A DNA stretch of 63,981 bases, counting the filler, from Stramenopiles sp. TOSAG23-2 (lineage: Eukaryota): the NCBI GenBank assembly GCA_900128395.1. It is 3 parts of 3 records of this genome, joined end to end, with 100 filler letters (N's around TTAATTAATTAA, not from the genome) between each part and the next. Parts side by side here need not be neighbours in the genome. Positions count along the whole stretch, not along the records: positions 46,650 to 63,981 come from LT649648.1; 2 more parts are not named here. The stretch is one strand, 5' to 3'. The notes under the pieces were generated by a model, which was not told the DNA's origin, made no database searches, and saw only the letters and a program-made list of their open reading frames with translations. Positions 56,684-63,981 of this stretch are shown one piece after another; position 1 is the stretch's first letter, and the number at the start of each line of letters is the position of its first letter. The position numbers and the translations under genes are program-made.

Positions 56684-59600
56684 ATGCAGTATTTCAATGA
56701 AAAAAAAATTATTAAAAACAACAATTGTAAACAAATAATACGATACCACGCACGGAGATTGTCATCCGTGAATGTGTTTATTGCTGTGCCAAGATCCTGC
56801 GCGCAAGTGAGTTTTATGATATACTGTATGTTAGCTATTTAAAGGAATATAATCGTTTTGACCACCCACAGAAGCTTGTTTCTCAGTTGTTAAAAGAAAT
56901 GATATCTCCAACCAGAAAACGTGTTTCTAGTGGGAAAAATAAATTCGTTACCTTTCACCGCAAGACTGGTGTTTTTGAGTTAAGGCCTGGTAACATGTTA
57001 TATGCATTTTGTATAAATGCTGGCGGCCATTTGGAACATTTATACTGGGGTCCTAATATTGTAGAAAATGCGTCATTATCTTACCTGCAAAGTTCAAATG
57101 TAAAATTAGCCTTTCAAACTGAAGCTCCACCGATAGATGTCAAACACAAGCAAAAAGAATTTGTACAGCAACTTATTGAACGGGAAAAAAGAAAAGATAT
57201 TAGGCCGCAACAAGTGTGGAAAAATTTTCGTGGCTCCAACGACGTATATCGTAAACGAACAGAAAATATTTCATGGAGAATGTGGACGAGAAATCGAACG
57301 AAAGGTATTAGTGAAGGAGGAAAACTAGTTGATGATATGGTAACTGCACTGCCTCGAGTAGACTTTAAAAAACAAAATGTAATGGCAAAAAGAGCTTTGT
57401 CAAAAGAATACGGAGCCACTGAAAGTGAAAAACGAAGGAGTGAAAATCCACTTATTAAAGACGGCACCGATTCCAAAAATATATATATTACGGCAATAAA
57501 TAATGGCAACATTAGTAAGTCCAATAACAGCACAAAACACGATAGTAGTGAAAATGGTACTGGAAGGAGTCCAGGTGGTAAACGCGGTGGCCGACAATCA
57601 CCAACCTTAACATTTAGTAAAAACTTTAGCGTGTCAAATCTACAAGATTTGTGGGAAGGTGAAGACCCGGGACAAAACCAGCATATCAATTCATTTTTAA
57701 TTTCTGAAATATATCGTCGGAAAAAGTCCATTGTCGGGAAAGGTGCTATAAAACACGAATATTCTGATTTTGGCACGGGTGATTTTCGAAGTCCGAGTTT
57801 TCGTTTGTCATACACGTCTGATGGTTCTCATATTTCTCCAATACTGTATAAAAGTCATCGAATCATTCCAGGAAAAGTGGAAATGAAGGACAAATGTATG
57901 CCACATATTCGTTCATGGGCAAAGACGCCTGCTGAAGAGAAAAAATTTGCTACCACTCTTATTATTACAATGAGTGATAAACATACGGGATTTGAAATCG
58001 ATTTAATTTACACGGTCATTCACAATCATGATGTCATTGTGCGTAGCACCGTTTTTAGAAATCCATTATCAGTAAACGGGAGGCAGGGAAACAATTATGG
58101 CAAAGGCAATAACCCAATAAGATATAGTGCACGTTTGCACCGTGTAATGAGTGCAACAGTTGATTTTGAAAATGAGCGCGGGGGGTATTATTGTACATAT
58201 TTAAGCGGTTCGTGGGCCAGAGAGCGTATTGTAGAGGAAACTAAGTTGCAACCAGGAACTTTTTCGATTGGCTCTACGCGTGGCACAAGTTCACATGTTC
58301 ACAACCCTTTTTTTGCTATATCAAGGGGTGGACCTTCCAATGAAAATAATGGAGATATATTTGGTTTTGCATTGGTGTACAGCGGAAATCATGTTATGGA
58401 AGCGGAACGGAATGAAGTTGGGCGAATACGTATAAATGCTGGTATCAACCCAATGTGCTTTTCATGGGCATTAAATCCTGGAGATGAGTTTCAAACTCCT
58501 GAATGTGTTATGGTATACTCATCGACTGGAATTGGTGGCATGAGCCGCGCATTTCATACCTTATTCCTTGATCATTTATTGCCCAAGGAATGGTCACATA
58601 TGCATCCACCTATATTACTGAATTCATGGGAAGCAAAATACTTTGATGTGTCACATGATAACATTATTCAAATGGCTACGCAGGCAAGTAATTTAGGTAT
58701 TGAAATGATCGTTTTAGACGATGGTTGGTTTGGTGAACGAAATGATGCAAACACATCATTGGGAGATTGGGAAGCTAATCGGAAAAAATTTCCATATGGT
58801 ATACGTGGCTGTGCACAAGCAGTGAATAGCGTAGGATTAAAAATGGGCTTATGGTTCGAGCCAGAAATGATTTCAGTGAATTCAAAGCTGTATCAGCAAC
58901 ATCCAGATTGGTGTTTACATGTGCCTGGCCGACCAATGCAACGAGGTAGAAATCAATTGGTACTCAACATGGGAAGAACGGATGTTCGGGATTATCTTTA
59001 CAAATGTATCTCAAAAATTATTGAAAAGGCCAACATTGCATACATTAAATGGGATATGAACCGTTATTTGACAGAAGTTTTTTCAGTGGAATTGGAAAAT
59101 TCAAGGCAAGGCGAAACAAGTCATAGATTTATGTTGGGGACGTATGATTTATTGAACCGAATCGTAAACCAATTTCCACATGTGTTGCTTGAAACATGTT
59201 CCGGTGGTGGAGGTAGATTTGACCCTGGAATGTTGTATTTTTCACCCCAAATTTGGACTAGTGATAATACAGACGCTCTGAACCGCGTCGATATTCAGTA
59301 TGGAACATCACTATTATATCCTGCCCGTGCCATGGGATCTCATTATTCAATGTCGCCAAATCATATAACAATGCGACAGTGTCGATCTCGGACTAGAGCG
59401 TTTGTCGCCATGTGTGGAACGTTTGGTTTTGAATTAAATTTAGGGACAATATCAGTAGAGGAGCGTGGGTATGTAAGTAAATTTATCGACATGTACAAAG
59501 AAGTAAGGGATGTTGTTGCGTTTGGTAATTTATATCGTTTGTGGGATCCTAAGGAAGATTTCTGTGCTGCGTGGATGTATGTTTCATATGATCGTCAAAA

Positions 59601-60006
59601 CGCTGCCGTGTTTGTATTTAATACTGGTATGAGACATTGGTCTGATTTGATGCCAACATTGAGGTTGCAGGGTCTAGCGAAAAATACACTTTACGAAATT
59701 ACGGAACCTATGCCTAATGAATTTACGCGAAAGGAAGACAATTTGCAAGTTGTTCGTGCAACTGAGCCCAGCTATCAGTTATCATCGAAGGTGGTTTACC
59801 TTCGTGGGTCAACCTTAATGTTAGCAGGTATTCCGGTCAAATTTTTTGCCGCGGATGATGCTGTTTGTTTCAAACTAACTGCAAAACAGTCGTCACACGA
59901 AGCTGATGCGGACAACGCCATGTCCCCATCGAATTCTTATTTAAACTTACAGCTTCTTGAACCACGTAGTGAAGAGAGCCAACAGAACCAAGCATTATTC
60001 TTCTAA
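56684..60006 (+). CDS. GH36 alpha-galactosidase (bacterial-type melibiase); probable first exon 56684-56806, intron 56807-56886
   Basis: EYSDFGTGDFRSP, PILLNSWEAKYFD, VLDDGWFG, GLWFEPEM, YIKWDMNR (nucleophile), CSGGGGRFDPG, WTSDNTD (acid/base). The GTGAGT...TCTCAG intron is in frame with an upstream ATG; the first exon is less certain. Confidence 0.93.
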
Positions 60007-60758
60007 AAACCCGCACATATATAAAAAAATATCACCAAGTACGTTTCATAAGTACAATATACTTGGTGGGGTATATATACTCGTATAAAATTACATTCTC
60101 TCACTCATGTAAATTTTTCATATATATTTTTTCATAAAATAGAGATATAATTTAATGAGTAAAGAAAATAATATACTGAGAGTATATAATTTAATTTGTA
60201 GTGCGCACTAAAGTGGGTATTTGGAGGAGAATGCAAATTTTTAATCAACAGAGGATTGAAAACATCGATGTACCTCCATCGGCACTCTTCCTTTATTCGG
60301 CTGTACTGACACTTACGGTAACTTAAAATCGATTATCTAGGAACTCAGCTATTTTGCATTCTTTTTGAGAGTAAGAATTTAAAATCATGAGTAAAAATAA
60401 AAAAATAAAATTACGCACACGTACAAAATTTTAATTTTTATAAATTTTTATTTAAATTAATCAACGAACGCGCATGGAAGGATAGAAACCTACACTTGTG
60501 CTTGTAGAGTATTAGTTTGCAGAGGTGCATTAGAGCTTTACTATAGTAGGATAGCATATTATTCTTGCGATTGAGTATTGAGCATATTACTTAACACGAG
60601 AAGTGTAAAATTATTATGATATAACTTAGATTTTAACCATCACTTTTAAATTAATTTATATAAATTTATTCAATATCTACAATAAAACTGTAAACACTCG
60701 AAGAATGCAAAATAAGTTTCATTAATACCGTCGTATATCTCTTATATAGATTCAAGAT

Positions 60759-63002
60759 CTAGTTTAAAGATAACACGTTTCGCCATTCACTCCACTTTTT
60801 CAATGCTACACCATTGCATTCTTTTTCCACAATATCTTGATTATACGATTGCATAAAATGTATATGTTGCCACGTCGGAGCTGCATTTGCACCACTTATC
60901 TTAGGCTTGTCATCAATTATAAAGTCACCAGAGATAACAGTTTTATCCCTGGCAATAATCAATTTATCAACCCATGATTTTCCAAGATGCTTTACTACAA
61001 ATTCGTATTTTTCATTCGAGCATTGCCCTGGGCATGTTGGATGAGGAGATGTAACAATTTTTACATCAATGTTTGGATCGGCGGCCATTTCTTTCAGAGC
61101 TTCAATTGCACCAGGGTATGGCTCGAGGGAAGCGTAAAAAGTAGGTTCTGCTACTACATCTAACACCGTAGCTTGTACATTTTCATCAAAATTTTTCTCG
61201 ATTTCGTAAGAACTTCGATTTTGCACAATGTTCAGAATCTTTTCGTTTGATAATATGTCACGTTTTGAAAATCGTGCGATAAATTCCTTGTCCCAATCGA
61301 CAACCGTATTGTCAAGATCAATAAGCAACCTCAATTTACCACCATAACGGCCATTTTTATCTTTAGACTTTTCGTGTTGTGACTTAAACATATCATAATA
61401 TAGCGCATTCATTTTATCATAAGAAAATTGACGAAGTACGCGTTCTCTACCGGCAGATGCAAATTTTCGACGCAATCCATTGTTGTTGTATAATTTCGAG
61501 ATCGCACCCTTCAACGCGGCGTCGTTTGCAGGCGGTATCAAAAAACCCTCGACATTATCACTGACCGCCTCTGGAATGGCATCAATGCGGCTACAAATTA
61601 CTGGCCTTTCAAATGCCATTGCCTCACATATGACCAGTGGTAATACCTCATTCAATGATGGTACCACAACAACATCAGCTGCCATGTAAAAGCGGAGGAC
61701 GTTCTTTTGAATATCCATAAGAGTAAAATCTGTTGATCCTTTAACTGTTTGTTCCTCATATCGCCCCCACGTGCACCCATATGTTTCAATGGTTTCTTTA
61801 ATTTTGTCAATGTAAGCTATTTCATGATCCCGGATGTATCGCGCACCAACCATTAGGACTTTTAAGTTCGATAGCGACTCTTCTTTTATCAACGATGAAC
61901 AAGCTTTTGCAGTATATATTTGGCCTTTTCTCCCACAAATCGTTCCAATGTGTAAAACTAAGAAGTCTGATTTGTTGTAACCCAACGCGCGCCGGGTCTT
62001 TTCTCTTGAATGTGATTTTTTGAATGCATCCAGGTTTTTTAATGGCTTCAAGATCAAGATAGGAAGGTAAGTGAGAAAGATATGCAATGATAAGGAAGCT
62101 TGTTAGTCAAACTAAATCTTGAAAAAGTTATCAAAAATATATCCCTGGCGTATGTACACGTTTTACATGTCTATACTTACTATGCCATTGTATACAGTAA
62201 TCGCAGCATCGTCTTGATAAAGGCCTTTATACAACAACTTTTGCATTGTCGATGGAAATACAATTCTGCTACACACTCGAAATGCTTCTTTAATTTTTTT
62301 TGCGGTCAAATTTTTTCTTAGGAATACTTCTTGAGCGTAATATTCCAATTTATCTTGTGGCCAACTTTCATGTATCACCCAAATAGATGGTATATTGATT
62401 TTATCCAATTTAACAATAACGTCGCATCTCATAATTGTATTTGCAAGCATGACAGAAACCTGTTTTTGTTTTATGTGGTCCTCTAAGGTATTTAAAAAGT
62501 AGTCATCATTAGGATTAATTATAATAACTTCAACATCTGTACAAAGGCTCTCAAAATCGCCTTTCATAGGACCGTCTTTTGGCGCAAATACAATATATTT
62601 ATTGCTTCTGACTAAAGCGCGCAGAAGAAACAAACAGAAATTATTTGCACCATTTCGTTCCATCGAATGCAGAAATATAGCAAACGTTTTTCGCAAACTT
62701 TGTACGCCCTGGGAACTACCGTTTGCACGAGGCAAAGTTACTTTTGATATAGGCTGATCAAACAATTCTAAGCTATTTTCTGGTAAATATAAATCGTTAT
62801 TATTCTTGTTGTTTTTTGATATTTTTTTTACTGCTTGTATGATATCGTTCACGCAACTAGCACTTAACTTATGTTGTTTTCTAAGCTCTTGAAATGCTAA
62901 GAACGATGCAGTTTTCAAGTCTGACTCTGTTGGTCTATCAAATGCTGTTATAGGTTTATTTAAATTGATAACATTTGATCCTGTATTATCGTCTGAATCA
63001 TA
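60759..63002 (-). CDS. GT4 glycosyltransferase fused to an NT5C/NT5M-type HAD phosphatase; intron 62046-62180; 5' end missing
   Basis: Splicing gives VYNGI|PLKNLD. GT4 motifs: WVIHES, IGTICGRKGQ, PSLNEVLPLVICEAMA. HAD motifs: LLIDLDNT, DKTVISGDFIIDDKP...PTWQHIHF..SYN. The frame is open to ~63002, where a stop appears with no upstream ATG. Confidence 0.88.
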
Positions 63003-63118
63003 TCAGAGATAAATTACTATCACAAGGTGCAGCACCTGAATTATTTGATATAAATGCAATAACTGTTGATGAAGGTGCTTCATCTAGTAATAATAATAAT
63101 AATCAACAGTTTGTATAA
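63002..63118 (+). pseudogene. Orphan 3' CDS fragment (IRDKLLSQGAAPELFDINAITVDEGASSSNNNNNQQFV*)
   Basis: Protein-like frame with no ATG, head-to-head with the truncated GT4-HAD gene. Confidence 0.4.
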
Positions 63119-63522
63119 TAAGATAAAGTGCTAACAGCTTATTTTATTATTTTACCATACATATTATACATATAACTTTGTACTTGTTAGTATAACCAAC
63201 AATCGGTATTTTGCCGATCACCGAAAATCGGTATTTGCACATTTTGCCGATCTAGATCACCGATCATAAAGAAATTCTGAATTTTGAACATTAGCATAGG
63301 AATACCATTCAATATGTACTTTGTTTGTATTCTATAAATAAGAGTTTCTACATAAAACGATCTAAATTTTACACTATATATTTTTATACTTATTGACATT
63401 ACTTTAATATTTTTTAACCCTTAATATTACTTTACTGTATGCCTTATATGATAGGAAGTTAGTCTATATTTAATATTTTGAGTTAAGTGATAGTTAAAAT
63501 AACCACTTTTTTACTATTTTCT

Positions 63523-63668
63523 TATTGGGTCCAGTCAACTGGACCCAATAGCAACGATATTGGAGTATCGAAAATATTGCAATGCTATGCGATGCTAGCG
63601 GAATTCGAAGATATTGACTATTAGGTCCAGTTAACTGGACTCAATAAGCAAAAAACTGGACCCAATAG
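63523..63668. repeat. Cluster of related palindromes
   Basis: TATTGGGTCCAGT-CA-ACTGGACCCAATA at 63523-63550, an imperfect copy TATTAGGTCCAGTTAACTGGACTCAATA at ~63619-63646, and a half copy ACTGGACCCAATA at ~63655-63667. Confidence 0.8.
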
Positions 63669-63981
63669 TGGCGGAATCAGGGATTTCTCCCTGATGAAAT
63701 CTATCGTTCGTGGTGGTATAGATGATTAAAACACCCACCATACATGTTAGAAAACTTATATTTTGATTTGGTAGAAGAAATATATACAGGAAAAATATTT
63801 AATATGTGTCGTTGTGTGTAATCATTAAATTATGTTTCTACTAAATATTAATAGGTTGTGTAATATAAAGAAATTAAAGTTAATTCAATATATACTATTT
63901 TATCATTTTTATAAAACGTATTTAATTTAAAGCTGTCGATTTATCTTGTTATACGTGTTAATTTAATGCTAAGCCCATGCA

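Noticed and set aside
1318-63399. Many short antisense or overlapping ORFs in the ORF track
   Set aside because: Shadows of real genes, or low-complexity TA/CA/AAT microsatellite sequence with no motifs.

Overview
AT-rich (roughly 30% GC by eye), gene-dense, intron-poor eukaryotic DNA, not prokaryotic. Evidence: short GT-AG introns with CTAAC branch points, plus COG6, Gos1, proteasome beta, VMA21 and Rheb genes. A Rheb carrying four C-terminal TM helices points to a SAR protist, probably a heterotrophic stramenopile (inference). The window is three unrelated scaffolds joined by artificial 100-bp N-TTAATTAATTAA-N linkers (23227-23326, 46550-46649). It shows draft single-cell or metagenome artefacts: 110-160 bp near-exact tandem duplications, head-to-head gene-fragment junctions and homopolymer frameshifts. 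About 28 genes or gene fragments are recognisable. Most interesting: (1) a GT4 glycosyltransferase fused to an NT5C-type HAD phosphatase, convergent with a GH36 alpha-galactosidase, a candidate galactoside/osmolyte synthesis-and-breakdown module; (2) sequence-related short introns suggesting an introner-like family; (3) a ~390-bp nested fold-back hairpin beside an orphan membrane-protein gene; (4) recurrent non-coding motifs (TACGAAGTA at 3' ends, ACCTGGTGGTAGCT at 5' ends); (5) Rheb-TM with a fossil CAAX; (6) a zinc finger-AlkB fusion. All calls come from reading the sequence; no searches were run.
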